From Thermoanaerobaculia bacterium (GTDB taxonomy: Bacteria > Acidobacteriota > Thermoanaerobaculia > Multivoradales > Multivoraceae): DNA of 64,000 nucleotides. Position numbers and translations under genes: made by a program. Location: NCBI GenBank assembly GCA_963664405.1, contig OY761158.1, positions 3,392,001 to 3,456,000 of the forward strand. The letters are read 5' to 3'. Below, in pieces: positions 18,679 through 28,799 of this stretch. Each line of letters begins with the position of its first letter. Position 1 is the stretch's first letter. The notes under the pieces are model-generated. The model had not been told where the DNA came from. It saw only the letters and a list, made by a program, of their open reading frames with translations, and ran no database searches.

Positions 18679-18784
18679 CGGCAGATCTGCAAACTGGCGC
18701 GGCGGACGAACGCCCTATAGTAGCTCATCTAAGAACGTCGGTAAACAACCAGTCGTCCCTGCCGATGCAAGTCACGAGCTCTGC

Positions 18785-18813
18785 TTTACAAGCGGCGGAC
18801 CACACACTACGAT
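18785..18813 (+). promoter_or_regulatory. Sigma-70 promoter of SRP RNA/dnaX
   Basis: TTTACA-N17-TACGAT immediately upstream of the SRP stem. Confidence 0.65.
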
Positions 18814-18817
18814 GCCG

Positions 18818-18960
18818 GGTGGGGAGCCCCCCGTGAAGGGTTCGGGCCCTGTGCGTTGAGGGGCTCCGAACCTCGTCAGGCCCGGAAGGGAGCAGCGATA
18901 AGGTGTTCTCCTCGAGCGCCGCAGTTTCAGCCGGAACCCTTCACGCGAGGCTCCTGCACC
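18818..18960 (+). ncRNA. ffs: Signal recognition particle RNA (4.5S)
   Basis: GTCAGGCCCGGAAGGGAGCAGC domain IV motif inside a long stem (GGAGCC..CGTGAAGGGTTC / GAACCCTTCACG..GGCTCC). Sits upstream of dnaX. Confidence 0.93.
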
Positions 18961-19006
18961 AAGTGAGGGTCGCAGGCTCCCTCGCTGGAGACGGCCTAAC
19001 ACCAAA

Positions 19007-20686
19007 ATGACTTATCAAGCCCTCGCCAGGAAGTGGCGTCCGCAGGACTTCTCCTCGATCGTCGGACAAGAGGCAGTGGTCACGGCGCTGCGCAATAGCA
19101 TTGCTGAGGACCGCATCGCGCAGGCCTACCTTTTTTCCGGCATCCGCGGCGTCGGCAAAACAACGGCCGCCAGAGTTCTGGCCAAGGCCCTCAATTGTGA
19201 GACCCGACGCGACGCCGACGAGAGCACCGAATCGTTCTCCGACCCCTGCAACAACTGTGTCCCTTGCCGTGAGATCACTCGAGGGTCGGACCTCGATGTC
19301 ATCGAGATCGACGCCGCCACCTATTCCAAAGTGGAACAAGTCCGCGAGCTCACCGAGAGTCTTCGCTACGGCCCCGCCCGAGACACCTACAAGGTCGTCG
19401 TCATCGACGAGATTCATCGGCTCTCTCGGCAGGCCTTCGACGCGTTGCTCAAGATTGTCGAGGAGCCGCCTTCCCATCTAGTCTTCATCTTTGCCACCAC
19501 CGAGATCGAAGTCGTACCGGCAACCCTGCTCTCGCGGTGCCAGGACTTTCACTTCCGACGGGTGTCCGCCGCCGACTTGGTTTCGCTGCTCAAGAAGCTC
19601 ACCGACGCCGAGAACATCGACGCCACCGAGAGAGCGCTGCGATTGATCGCCCGGGCGGGGGAAGGAAGCGCTCGTGATGCGGTAGCTCTTCTCGATCAAC
19701 TTGCGACTTTCGGCTCGGGCAAAATCGCCGAGGAGGACGCGGTTCGCTTACTTGGAGGACTCGACCTCCGCCTTTTTCACCATCTGCTCTCGAGCATTCT
19801 CAGCGGTGATTCGTCGTCGGTCTCCACCGCTCTGCAACAAGTGGAGGACCAAGGCTGGGACCCCAGACGCACCCATACCCAATTCCTCGCCTACTGCCGA
19901 GACGCGCTCCATGCCGCCGTCGGCACCGAGGCCAATGCGCTCGACCTACCTAAGGAAGACGCAGACCAGCTGGTGACCCTGGCGCGCGAAACAGGGTACG
20001 AGAATCTGCTCCGCCTACTCAATCAGCTGCTGAAGAGCGAGGAGCTGGTTAGAAGAAGCGACGCACCGGCCTTGGCTGTCGAGATCGCCTGGCTGCGGGC
20101 CGCAGAGCTTCCCAAGCTGACTCGAATCGAGGAGATCCTGAGCGGGGCGCCGGCGCCGAAGAGAAGGGAGGCCCTCGAGGAACCCGCGCCGGCCAAAGCC
20201 CCTCGTCCACGGGCGAGCGACGCAGACCCGACTCCGAGCTCGGCGCAACCGGCGACGCCGACGACTGCTCAACCGGAGCCCACCGCGGACGGACCTCGGC
20301 TGTCCCGGAACCCTAAAGAAGCGCTGCTCGAGCTGGTAAGCCAACGCAAACAGCCCCTCGCGGCCCGGCTTCGTCAATGTCAGAGCCTCGAGGTCGTGGG
20401 AAGCGAGCTGCGCATCGTCATCGCGCAAGGCGACGACTGGCCGAGAGAAGCTCTGGAGCGAAGCCAAAACAAAGAGCTACTCGACCAGGCCGTCGCTGAG
20501 CTCTGGGGGAAAGACGCGAGCTGGACCCTGGTCGAGGGAGAGCCTGTCGCAGAACCGGTAGAGTCAGCGTCGCCCGCCGTCGGCCCTGCGGTCGAGCACC
20601 CTGTAGTCCAATCGGCGCTCGATCTCTTTGCCGGCACCATTGAAACCATCGAAGAGACTCAACCGAACACGGAGGACCAGGAATGA
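19007..20686 (+). CDS. dnaX: DNA polymerase III subunit gamma/tau
   Basis: YQALARKWRP, GIRGVGKTT, Zn-binding cysteines, IDEIH, LSRC. Confidence 0.96.
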   Translation: MTYQALARKWRPQDFSSIVGQEAVVTALRNSIAEDRIAQAYLFSGIRGVGKTTAARVLAKALNCETRRDADESTESFSDPCNNCVPCREITRGSDLDVIEIDAATYSKVEQVRELTESLRYGPARDTYKVVVIDEIHRLSRQAFDALLKIVEEPPSHLVFIFATTEIEVVPATLLSRCQDFHFRRVSAADLVSLLKKLTDAENIDATERALRLIARAGEGSARDAVALLDQLATFGSGKIAEEDAVRLLGGLDLRLFHHLLSSILSGDSSSVSTALQQVEDQGWDPRRTHTQFLAYCRDALHAAVGTEANALDLPKEDADQLVTLARETGYENLLRLLNQLLKSEELVRRSDAPALAVEIAWLRAAELPKLTRIEEILSGAPAPKRREALEEPAPAKAPRPRASDADPTPSSAQPATPTTAQPEPTADGPRLSRNPKEALLELVSQRKQPLAARLRQCQSLEVVGSELRIVIAQGDDWPREALERSQNKELLDQAVAELWGKDASWTLVEGEPVAEPVESASPAVGPAVEHPVVQSALDLFAGTIETIEETQPNTEDQE

Positions 20687-20979
20687 ACCTGCAAAAACTC
20701 ATGAAGCAGGCTCAGGAAATGCAAACGCGCCTCCAGGGCGAGCTCGAGACCCTGGAGGTCGAGGCGTCTGTCGGCGGCGGTATGGTGTCGGTGACCCTCA
20801 GTGGCCACAAACTTCTGCGCTCTGTACGCATCGACGCCGAGGTCATGGACCCCGAGGATCCCGAGATGCTCCAAGATCTGATCGTCGCGGCGGTGAACGA
20901 AGCTGCCCGTAAAGTGGATGAAGAGATGCAGAGCAAGCTTGGCGGCCTTGGCGGAGGCTTGCCCGGCATGTTCGGCTAG
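20683..20979 (+). CDS. ybaB: YbaB/EbfC nucleoid-associated protein
   Basis: MKQAQEMQ, GGGMV, EMLQDLIVAAVNEA. Confidence 0.93.
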   Translation: MNLQKLMKQAQEMQTRLQGELETLEVEASVGGGMVSVTLSGHKLLRSVRIDAEVMDPEDPEMLQDLIVAAVNEAARKVDEEMQSKLGGLGGGLPGMFG

Positions 20980-20986
20980 CTCGAGA

Positions 20987-21577
20987 ATGCGGCCCTCCGA
21001 TCCGCTGGGCCGGTTGGTCGGGGAGCTTTCGCGGCTACCCGGCATCGGCCCCAAGACCGCTACCCGACTAGCGCATCACCTGCTCCGCGTTCCGGAGTCC
21101 GATGCCAGATCACTGGCCGAGGCCATCGTGGAGATCAAGGAGAAGCTCACCCACTGCTCTACCTGCAACAGCATCACCGCTGAGGACCCCTGCGATCTCT
21201 GCACAGATCCTCAGCGGGACCGCTCTAAGATCTGTGTAGTGGAAGAGCCCTTCAACATCCAGCCCATCGAGCGCACCGGCGAGTATCGCGGCCTCTTTCA
21301 CGCACTCATGGGCGCTCTTTCACCGCAACGTGGCATCGGGCCCGACCAATTGGCCATCGACGGGCTGCTCGAGCGCCTCGACGGCGTCGAAGAGGTCATC
21401 ATCGCCACGAATCCCAATGTGGAGGGAGAAGCGACGGCCCTCTTCCTCGCCCGAATCCTGAGGCCCAGAGGAATAGCGGTCACCCGCCTTGCCTTCGGGC
21501 TGCCGATCGGCGGAGACATCGATTACATCGACGAAGTGACCCTCGCCCGATCGCTCACCGGCCGAAGGGACTTTTGA
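20987..21577 (+). CDS. recR: Recombination mediator RecR
   Basis: LPGIGPKTA, C4 zinc finger, EVIIATNPNVEGEATA. Confidence 0.96.
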   Translation: MRPSDPLGRLVGELSRLPGIGPKTATRLAHHLLRVPESDARSLAEAIVEIKEKLTHCSTCNSITAEDPCDLCTDPQRDRSKICVVEEPFNIQPIERTGEYRGLFHALMGALSPQRGIGPDQLAIDGLLERLDGVEEVIIATNPNVEGEATALFLARILRPRGIAVTRLAFGLPIGGDIDYIDEVTLARSLTGRRDF

Positions 21578-22893
21578 GCCCCCCGGAAGCGATGGACACG
21601 AGCCTCGGCCGCGGCGATCTCCTTCCGGAGGTCCTGATCGCACCGCCCGGGCCCGAATCGAGACGTCTCTGTACCCGCCTAGAGGACGTCGAGGCGCCGA
21701 TCGTCAACACCGTTTCGGCCGCCGGGCCGGCGGTGGTGTGGGCTGAAGCGCTGGGAGCTAACGTGCTCGACGTCGACGGCAATCGCTATATCGACCTCAC
21801 TTCCGGCTTCGGCGCCGCGGCGGTGGGTCACCGACACCCTAGGGTGGTCGAGGCGGTGAACCGCCAGGCGGCGAAGCTGCTCCATGGCCTCGGCGACATC
21901 GCCGCCCACCCGACGCGAGTAGCCCTCGCGACGAGTCTCAAGAAACTCGCACCCATCACCGACGCGCGCATTTTCTTTGCTACCAGCGGCTCCGACGCGG
22001 TCGAGATTGCCCTCAAATCAGCAATGCTCGCGACCGGGCGCAGTGGCGTCTTAGTCTTCGAGCCCGCGTACCATGGCCTCTCCTTCGGCGCGCTGGCTCT
22101 GAGCTCGCGGGCTTCGTTCCGCCTTCCCTTTGAGGATGTGCTCAACCCCGCAATCGCAAGGCTGCCTTTCGGCTGTGATACCGAGTTGTTGGCTAGCGCC
22201 CTTTCGGGCGGCCGAGAGCGGCTCGCCTGCGTAGTCTTCGAGCCCATCGTCGGTCGAGAAGGCGTTCTCCTACCACCAACTGGATGGCTCGAGGCATTGC
22301 AGCGAATCTGTCAGGCCGAGGGCATCCTTCTGGTTGCGGACGAGATCTTTACCGGATTCGGCAGGACTGGCCAAACCTTCGCGATCGAGGAAGAAGGCAT
22401 CGAGGTAGATCTTCTCTGCTGCGGAAAGGCGCTCGCCGGCGGTCTACCGCTCGCCTCGGTGATCGGGCGAAGAGAGGTAATGGCGGCCTGGGACCGGCCC
22501 GGCGAAGCTCTTCATACCGGGACTTTCATGGCCCACCCTCTGAGCTGCGCCGCAGCTCTCGAGGTTCTTGGCCTGCTCGAGGAAGAGAACCTTCTCGAGA
22601 AGGCGAGGAGGGGTGGGCAAAAGATCGAGAAGCGCCTGTCTCCTTGGGTCGGCGCAGCTGGCGTGACAGACCTTCGCGGTCGTGGTCTTCTCTGGGGGCT
22701 GGAAATGGATCGCGCCTCGCGTGCCAAGGCGCTCGCGAGCGAGGCCCTGGCCGAGGGGCTCATCATCCTCGCCGGTGGTAGCGACGGCCGAACGCTCCAA
22801 ATTCTGCCACCGTTAACCATAGATAGTCGCCAACTCGACGCCGCTCTCGATATCCTGGAGCACCTGCTGTCGAGCTCCGAGGCTTCCGGATGA
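21574..22893 (+). CDS. Class III PLP aminotransferase (GABA/acetylornithine-like)
   Basis: DVDGNRYID, SGSDAVE, YHG, ADEIFTGFGRTG, GKALAGG. Confidence 0.88.
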   Translation: MSPPEAMDTSLGRGDLLPEVLIAPPGPESRRLCTRLEDVEAPIVNTVSAAGPAVVWAEALGANVLDVDGNRYIDLTSGFGAAAVGHRHPRVVEAVNRQAAKLLHGLGDIAAHPTRVALATSLKKLAPITDARIFFATSGSDAVEIALKSAMLATGRSGVLVFEPAYHGLSFGALALSSRASFRLPFEDVLNPAIARLPFGCDTELLASALSGGRERLACVVFEPIVGREGVLLPPTGWLEALQRICQAEGILLVADEIFTGFGRTGQTFAIEEEGIEVDLLCCGKALAGGLPLASVIGRREVMAAWDRPGEALHTGTFMAHPLSCAAALEVLGLLEEENLLEKARRGGQKIEKRLSPWVGAAGVTDLRGRGLLWGLEMDRASRAKALASEALAEGLIILAGGSDGRTLQILPPLTIDSRQLDAALDILEHLLSSSEASG

Positions 22894-24068
22894 CGCATAG
22901 TCAAGATTCTTCCAGACCCATACCGCTGGTCGATGTCGGTCGCGAGCACGAACCGATACGAGAGGAGCTCTCGAGAGCCGTCACTCGAGTGCTGGCGAGT
23001 GGGCGTTTTATTCTCGGCGAAGAGGTTGCCACCTTCGAGGCTGCCACCGCCGCCTATCTCGGCTCCGGTCACTCTTTGGGTACCTCATCGGGCAGCGACT
23101 CCTTACTCGCTTGCCTGATGGCCTTGGATCTCGAGCCCGATGACGAGGTCCTGTGTCCGGCTTTCACCTTTATCGCCACCGCCGGCGGCATTTCGAGGGC
23201 CGGCGCGAAGCCTGTCTTCGCAGACGTCTCTCCGCTTACGCTCGACTGCCGGCGGGAGGACCTCGAATCGCGGATTACTCCTCACACACGGGCCATTGTC
23301 GCGGTCCATCTCTTCGGTCGGTGCAGCGAACTGGATCCCATCGTAGAGCTCGCCAACGATCACGGGCTAGTGCTGATAGAAGATACGGCGCAGGCGCTGG
23401 GGGCGTCGATCGGAGGCCGAAAGGCAGGCACACGCGGCGACGCCGGCTGCTTCTCGTTCTACCCGACCAAGAACCTCGGCGGCTTTGGGGACGGCGGCCT
23501 GATCTGCACCGACCGCGACGACTTGGCGAACCGGCTTCGATCTCTCCGCGACCACGGGCAGGTTGGACGCTACATTCATGGCGAGATCGGCGGGAACTTC
23601 CGGCTCGATGCCCTGCAAGCGGCGCTTCTCTCAGTGAAGCTGCCCCGACTCGACGAGATGAACGTGCGTCGTGGCGAGGCTGCAAAGCGCTACTCTGACC
23701 TGTTCTTCGACAGTGAGCTCGCGGCTGCCGCTGACGCCGACTGTGACCGAGTCCCGCCGCCCATCCTTGTGCCCCTGGGAGCGTACCCAGAGCACGTCTT
23801 CCACCAGTACGTGATCCGAATTACCGAGGTCGGGGCCAGGGATCGAGTCCGCGATGTGCTGCAAACGGCCGGCGTTGGCACACAAATCTACTACCCGGTA
23901 CCCCTCCATCTACAACCCTGCTTCGCGGACCTGGGTTACCAAGGCGGCGAGCTCCCCAACGCCGAGCGCCTTTCGCGAGAGGTCCTCGCTCTCCCCATCT
24001 TCCCGTACATCACCGAAGAGGAGCAGACGAGGGTCGTAGATCTCGTCACCGCCAGCCTCCGGACGTGA
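22890..24068 (+). CDS. DegT/DnrJ/EryC1/StrS sugar aminotransferase
   Basis: EDTAQA, SFYPTKNLGGFGDGG, NFRLDALQAA, YYPVPLHLQP. Confidence 0.93.
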   Translation: MTHSQDSSRPIPLVDVGREHEPIREELSRAVTRVLASGRFILGEEVATFEAATAAYLGSGHSLGTSSGSDSLLACLMALDLEPDDEVLCPAFTFIATAGGISRAGAKPVFADVSPLTLDCRREDLESRITPHTRAIVAVHLFGRCSELDPIVELANDHGLVLIEDTAQALGASIGGRKAGTRGDAGCFSFYPTKNLGGFGDGGLICTDRDDLANRLRSLRDHGQVGRYIHGEIGGNFRLDALQAALLSVKLPRLDEMNVRRGEAAKRYSDLFFDSELAAAADADCDRVPPPILVPLGAYPEHVFHQYVIRITEVGARDRVRDVLQTAGVGTQIYYPVPLHLQPCFADLGYQGGELPNAERLSREVLALPIFPYITEEEQTRVVDLVTASLRT

Positions 24069-24102
24069 TCGCCGTCGTTGACGGTCGAGCTGTCCTGGAC
24101 GG

Positions 24103-24840
24103 TTGAGAGATGGCGGCCCCGCAAGGCGCATCGTGCCAGCCTTCGAAACGATCTTCATTTTCCTACTTGTGATCGCTGCAGGGCTCACAACACTTCTCCT
24201 CTTCGTAGCTCTCAAGCGCTCGAGGGCCTCACCCGCAGGCGATGCCCTGGGAGCAGGCCAGTTCGAAGATGCGCTGGTCCTCGCCGGAAGAGGCCTCGGA
24301 GACCAACGAGACGAGTGGATGGCCGGCGCGGTCGCGGCTAAGCATCTAGCGCGCTGGTCCCAGGCTCACGCGTTCCTTGACCGGATCCTGGCCGAGGATC
24401 CAAAAGACGGGGAGGGCCTAGCCGAGCGCGGACTCCTGAGTCTCTATCAAGATCGCCCGCAGGACGCGCGCGGCTACTTTCAAAGCGCCCTGGCGCAGCG
24501 CGGAGATCTAATCGAGTCGCTGACTCTTCATCTCGCCCTGGCCGCTTTGGTCGAGGGCGACCTCGCCCTCGCCCGCAGGACCTTCGAAGAGGTCGAGGTC
24601 TCGCTCGAAACCAAGCTGCGAATCGACCTGGGGGATGATGAGCCACTGTTCTCGGAGTGGCTCTTTCACGCGGCAGCACTGTGGGACGCGCTGGGCAAAG
24701 AAGGCAAGGCCCGCTGGGCCTGGGGTCAGGCCCTGGCCGCCGCACCTGCGAGCCAACTCGCGACCGTCCTCAACGACCTCGGCCTCGCTCAGCACCTCCA
24801 TCCGCCTGGTCCAGAACCTTGTCAATCATCGACGACGTAG
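24103..24840 (+). CDS. Membrane-anchored TPR-like protein
   Basis: N-terminal TM helix followed by TPR-like helices. Alternative GTG start at 24133. Overlaps the mutY 3' end. Confidence 0.6.
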   Translation: MRDGGPARRIVPAFETIFIFLLVIAAGLTTLLLFVALKRSRASPAGDALGAGQFEDALVLAGRGLGDQRDEWMAGAVAAKHLARWSQAHAFLDRILAEDPKDGEGLAERGLLSLYQDRPQDARGYFQSALAQRGDLIESLTLHLALAALVEGDLALARRTFEEVEVSLETKLRIDLGDDEPLFSEWLFHAAALWDALGKEGKARWAWGQALAAAPASQLATVLNDLGLAQHLHPPGPEPCQSSTT

Positions 24841-25915
24841 GAATGCTCGACAATTCCTGTCGATTTCTCCAACTCATCTCTCCGGCTTCGCTTTCTGCAA
24901 CGACGTCGTCCTCGTAGACCACTCGGGCGCGACGAATCTCCAGCCTCAGATCACGGAATGTGATGTGGTGCCTGGCCTCACCGAGCTTTCTCCCAAGGCT
25001 CCATGTCCCACCGTAGCGCTGCGCCAGAGCCAACTCCCAGCCCGCCTTTCTCTCCCCGCTCCTCTTCGTCCAGGGCAACTCCCAGAGACCCGCGAGGATC
25101 TTCTCGTCGTCGCTGTTTCGACACAAAAGAATGCGGCCCTTTGTTTCGACCACGACGACGATGCGCTTCTCAACGATCGGCCGTCGGCTCTCCCTTCGCG
25201 GCGGATAGGCCTCGGGATGGCCCGAGGCTCGCGCGAGACAGTCTCGACCCAGAGGACACTCCGAGCACCGGGGCCGCAACGGCGAGCAAACAGTCGCGCC
25301 GATCTCCATCAGGGCTTGATTGGAGTCGCCGGGCGCCCCGCGATCCAACAGCTCGGTCGCCTTGGCCAGGAGCTTCAGGCGAGCCTGCTTGCGCTTGGGA
25401 TCCGCCGACAGCGCGATCAGGCGGCCGACCACTCGCTCGACGTTTCCGTCGAGAACGGCAACAGGCTCGCCGAACGAGATGCTCGCCACGGCTGCCGCCG
25501 TATAGGCGCCAACCCCAGGGAGTCGGCGCAGCTCCCTCTCGGATCGAGGAAAGCCCCCTTTCTCTACGACCTGCTTCGCCGCCGCATGCAGATGTCGGGC
25601 TCGGCGGTAGTAGCCGAGTCCCGACCACAACGAGAGCACCTTCTCGATCGGCGCTTCCGCAAGGCTGTCGACGGTTGGAAACTCGCTGAGGAATCGACCG
25701 TAGTACGGGATCACGGTGTCGAGTCGCGTCTGCTGCAGCATCACCTCCGAGACCAAGACCTCATAGGGCCCGCTCCGCCGACGCCAGGGCAGTTTTCTAG
25801 CGTGCTTTCGAAACCATTCGAGCAGCTCCGTTCGCAGCTTCTGCTCACCACTGACTGACGCAAGACTTGGAGCGCCAAATTGATCGGCGTCACGGCGCAA
25901 ATTTTTTTTCGTCAT
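24770..25915 (-). CDS. mutY: A/G-specific adenine glycosylase
   Basis: VSEVMLQQT, WSGLGYYRRA, LPGVGAYTA, DGNV, and the 4Fe-4S motif C-X6-C-X2-C-X5-C. Confidence 0.95.
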   Translation of the reverse strand: MTKKNLRRDADQFGAPSLASVSGEQKLRTELLEWFRKHARKLPWRRRSGPYEVLVSEVMLQQTRLDTVIPYYGRFLSEFPTVDSLAEAPIEKVLSLWSGLGYYRRARHLHAAAKQVVEKGGFPRSERELRRLPGVGAYTAAAVASISFGEPVAVLDGNVERVVGRLIALSADPKRKQARLKLLAKATELLDRGAPGDSNQALMEIGATVCSPLRPRCSECPLGRDCLARASGHPEAYPPRRESRRPIVEKRIVVVVETKGRILLCRNSDDEKILAGLWELPWTKRSGERKAGWELALAQRYGGTWSLGRKLGEARHHITFRDLRLEIRRARVVYEDDVVAESEAGEMSWRNRQELSSIPTSSMIDKVLDQADGGAERGRGR

Positions 25916-26056
25916 GGAAGGTCAGAATTCTCAGTAGGTTAGACGTTGGGGGCCCAGATTTCTTGACGCAGAGCGTTGCGTACGTCAACAACCCGATGTT
26001 AGGATTCGAATCCTTCCGCGGGGTCGGAAGTAATATCAAAAAAGGGACTTCTTTTA

Positions 26057-26088
26057 GTTTCCACAGGTTGTGGAAATAATGTGGAATT
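26057..26088. promoter_or_regulatory. DnaA-box-like cluster upstream of dnaA
   Basis: GTTTCCACA (26057), TGTGGAAAT (26069) and TGTGGAATT (26080) in an AT-rich stretch. Confidence 0.65.
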
Positions 26089-27373
26089 TCGTCCCGGCGC
26101 GATGAGTAGCACCGTCTGGAACCAGCTCTTAGACCAACTCGACCGGACCCTCCCGGCCGAAGAGGTTCGCACTTGGTTTCGTCCCCTGAGGGTCGAATCC
26201 GAGAGCGAGCACCAGCTCGTTCTGCGCGCTCCCAACCAGCGCTTCGTCTCCTCTCTGGAGGAAGCCTACCGGCCGGTCGTCGATCGGGCCATTGGCACTC
26301 TTCAGGGCGCCTCCTATGAGGTTCTGTTCTCGGTCGGGAATGGGGGGGCTGAGAAGGCCGATCCCTTCGACCCACGCTATCGATTCGACACCTTTGTGGT
26401 GGGCAACTCGAATCAGCTGGCTCATGCTGCCGCGAGGGCCGTCGCCGAGCGCCCGGGTCGCAGCTATAACCCCCTCTTCCTCTACGGCGGCGTGGGCCTC
26501 GGTAAGACCCATCTTCTCTACGCCATCGGGTACGAGATTCGCCGTCGGAATCCGAAGCTCCGAGTGAAGTATTTTCCTACCGAGCAATTCGTCAACGAGC
26601 TCATCAACTCGATCCGATTCGATCGAACGGTTGCCTTTCGCGAGCGTTACCGCTCTATCGATGTGCTGCTGATCGACGACGTTCAATTTCTCGCCAACAA
26701 AGAGCGTACACAGGAAGAATTCTTCCACACATTCAACACGCTCTACACATCACAGAAACAGATCATTCTCTCCTCCGACTCATCTCCGAGGAAGATCCCC
26801 ACCCTCCAAGAACGGCTCCGAAGTCGCTTTGAATGGGGCCTTATCGCCGATATCGGCTCTCCCGATCTCGAAACCAAGGTGGCCATCCTGCGGCGAAAGG
26901 CGAGCGCCGAGGGAGTCAATCTACCTGACGATGTGGCTCTCTTCATTGCCCGACAGGTGCGATCGAATATTCGCGAGCTCGAAGGTCTCCTGAACCGCGT
27001 TCTCGCGTATTCATCCCTGACCGCGCGAAGCCTCGATCTCAATCTCACCAAGGAGACCCTCAAAGACATCCTGCTCGACGGGGATCGTCGCACCAAGGCG
27101 GCGGAGGTGATCAAATACGTCGCCCGTTTCTACGGTCTTCGCCTCACAGAGATCAAGAGCAAGAACAACTCACGGCCTATCGCCTTTCCTCGCCAGGTAG
27201 CCATGTACCTGTGCAAGCGATTGACGGATCTGTCCTATCCCGAAATCGGCAAGAACTTCAACGACAAGCATCACTCCACGGTGATGTATTCGGTGGAGAA
27301 GATCGAGCAGCTGAGGAGGAAGGATCCTGACCTCGATCGCTCGATCCAGGACATGCTCAATCAGTTCTCCTGA
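26081..27373 (+). CDS. dnaA: Chromosomal replication initiator DnaA
   Basis: YNPLFLYGGVGLGKTHL, LLIDDVQF, QEEFFHTFN, RLRSRF, NIRELEG. Alternative ATG at 26102. Confidence 0.98.
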   Translation: MEFRPGAMSSTVWNQLLDQLDRTLPAEEVRTWFRPLRVESESEHQLVLRAPNQRFVSSLEEAYRPVVDRAIGTLQGASYEVLFSVGNGGAEKADPFDPRYRFDTFVVGNSNQLAHAAARAVAERPGRSYNPLFLYGGVGLGKTHLLYAIGYEIRRRNPKLRVKYFPTEQFVNELINSIRFDRTVAFRERYRSIDVLLIDDVQFLANKERTQEEFFHTFNTLYTSQKQIILSSDSSPRKIPTLQERLRSRFEWGLIADIGSPDLETKVAILRRKASAEGVNLPDDVALFIARQVRSNIRELEGLLNRVLAYSSLTARSLDLNLTKETLKDILLDGDRRTKAAEVIKYVARFYGLRLTEIKSKNNSRPIAFPRQVAMYLCKRLTDLSYPEIGKNFNDKHHSTVMYSVEKIEQLRRKDPDLDRSIQDMLNQFS

Positions 27374-27698
27374 GTCGCCGCCGGTCGCCCCCTTCGACCG
27401 CCCCCTCCCATCCCTTAGCTTCCGGTGGTGCCCTCGGTTGTGGGTCTCTATCTGTGGAAACCTTCGGTTTCGGCTGTGCATAGATTGAGGATTACGGCTC
27501 GGCTTCCATGCCTCCCGCAAATAGGGGCCCTTTTTCGACCTGAAATCCGGCTCGGATCCACTGTGCGTTCCACATCCTCTGTAGTACCCCAAGAGGTTGA
27601 ACGGAAAGCACATATAGAAAGATTTCCGAGTTTCCACAGCGCCTAGCTACTACGACTACTGTGTTATATAAAGAGATATCGGAGGAGGAAGACAAACC
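27374..27698. other. oriC (DnaA boxes, DnaA-trios, AT-rich unwinding region)
   Basis: Boxes TGTGGAAAC (27453), CGTTCCACA (27566) and GTTTCCACA (27630). The last is followed by GCGCC, TAGCTACTACGACTACT and GTTATATAAAGAGATAT. Confidence 0.85.
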
Positions 27699-28799
27699 AT
27701 GGAGCTTCGGTGTAATCGCAGTATTCTGCTCAACGAGCTAGGGCCGATGCAAGGAGTAGTGGAGCGTAAGACCACAATCCCAGTCCTCTCCCACATCTTG
27801 TTGACCGCCCGCGACCAGCAGCTACATATCGCGGCGACAGACCTGGACGTGTCGCTGACATCTTCTTGCGAGGCCGAAGTCGCGCAAGAAGGGGGTATCG
27901 CTATCCAGGCGAGGAAGTTCCTCGAGATCATCCGTTCTCTCGCTGGTGAGGAGGTCCATCTTCTCCAGGAAGACCCGAATATCCTGAGTATCCATGCGAT
28001 GCAATCGCGCTTCAAGCTCAATGGGCTTGCGCCTGAGGACTTTCCGACCCTTCCCGAAGCAGCTTCGGGAGACACTCTCGAGCTACCCTTCGCAGAGTTT
28101 CGAAGAATGATCTCGAAGATCATCTTCGCGGTCTCGGCGGAGGAGTCTAGGTTCCAGCTCAACGGTGCGCTGCTGTTGGAAAAGGACGGTTCCTTCGAGA
28201 TGGTCGCTACCGACGGTCACCGTCTGGCTCTGGTCGAGATCGCTCAAGAGGGCGCGTCGGCAAAGGAGGGTGTGTTGGTACCGCGCAAAGCCCTGCAGGA
28301 GCTCCAGCGCTTCGAGAGCGACGGGAATCTCGAGTTCTCGAGAGGGGAGCATCACCTCTCTTTTCGAGTGGGTCGCCGAGAGTTGATCTGTCGAATTCTG
28401 GAGGGGACCTTTCCCGACCACGAGCGTGCCATCGCCAAGGATAACGACAAGAAGGCTATATTCGACGCTCGGGCGCTGGCGTCGACGACCCAGCGCGTAG
28501 CTCTTCTCACAGGCGATCGGGCTCGCGCCATTCGCTTGCAGATGGGTCCTGACCTACTGGTGGTTTCAACCGCCAATCCGGATCTGGGAGAAGCCGTTGA
28601 GGAAGTTGCCTGTGAGTATCCCGGAGGGGAAGAGTTCCGGCTCGGCGTCAACCCGGACTATCTCTCCCAGTTTCTTGCGGCGGTGGAGACCGAAAAGGTG
28701 CGCTTCGAGTTCAAGGACGAGAATAGCCAGTGTGTTGGCTATCCGATCGATGGAGAGGACACCCGTTACCTCTGCGTCATCATGCCGATGAGGATCTAG
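27699..28799 (+). CDS. dnaN: DNA polymerase III beta clamp
   Basis: TIPVLSHI, ATDLD, ATDGHRL, IMPMR. Confidence 0.97.
   Translation: MELRCNRSILLNELGPMQGVVERKTTIPVLSHILLTARDQQLHIAATDLDVSLTSSCEAEVAQEGGIAIQARKFLEIIRSLAGEEVHLLQEDPNILSIHAMQSRFKLNGLAPEDFPTLPEAASGDTLELPFAEFRRMISKIIFAVSAEESRFQLNGALLLEKDGSFEMVATDGHRLALVEIAQEGASAKEGVLVPRKALQELQRFESDGNLEFSRGEHHLSFRVGRRELICRILEGTFPDHERAIAKDNDKKAIFDARALASTTQRVALLTGDRARAIRLQMGPDLLVVSTANPDLGEAVEEVACEYPGGEEFRLGVNPDYLSQFLAAVETEKVRFEFKDENSQCVGYPIDGEDTRYLCVIMPMRI

Noticed and set aside
19007-20686. dnaX programmed frameshift
   Set aside because: No A-AAA-AAG or long poly-A slippery site seen.
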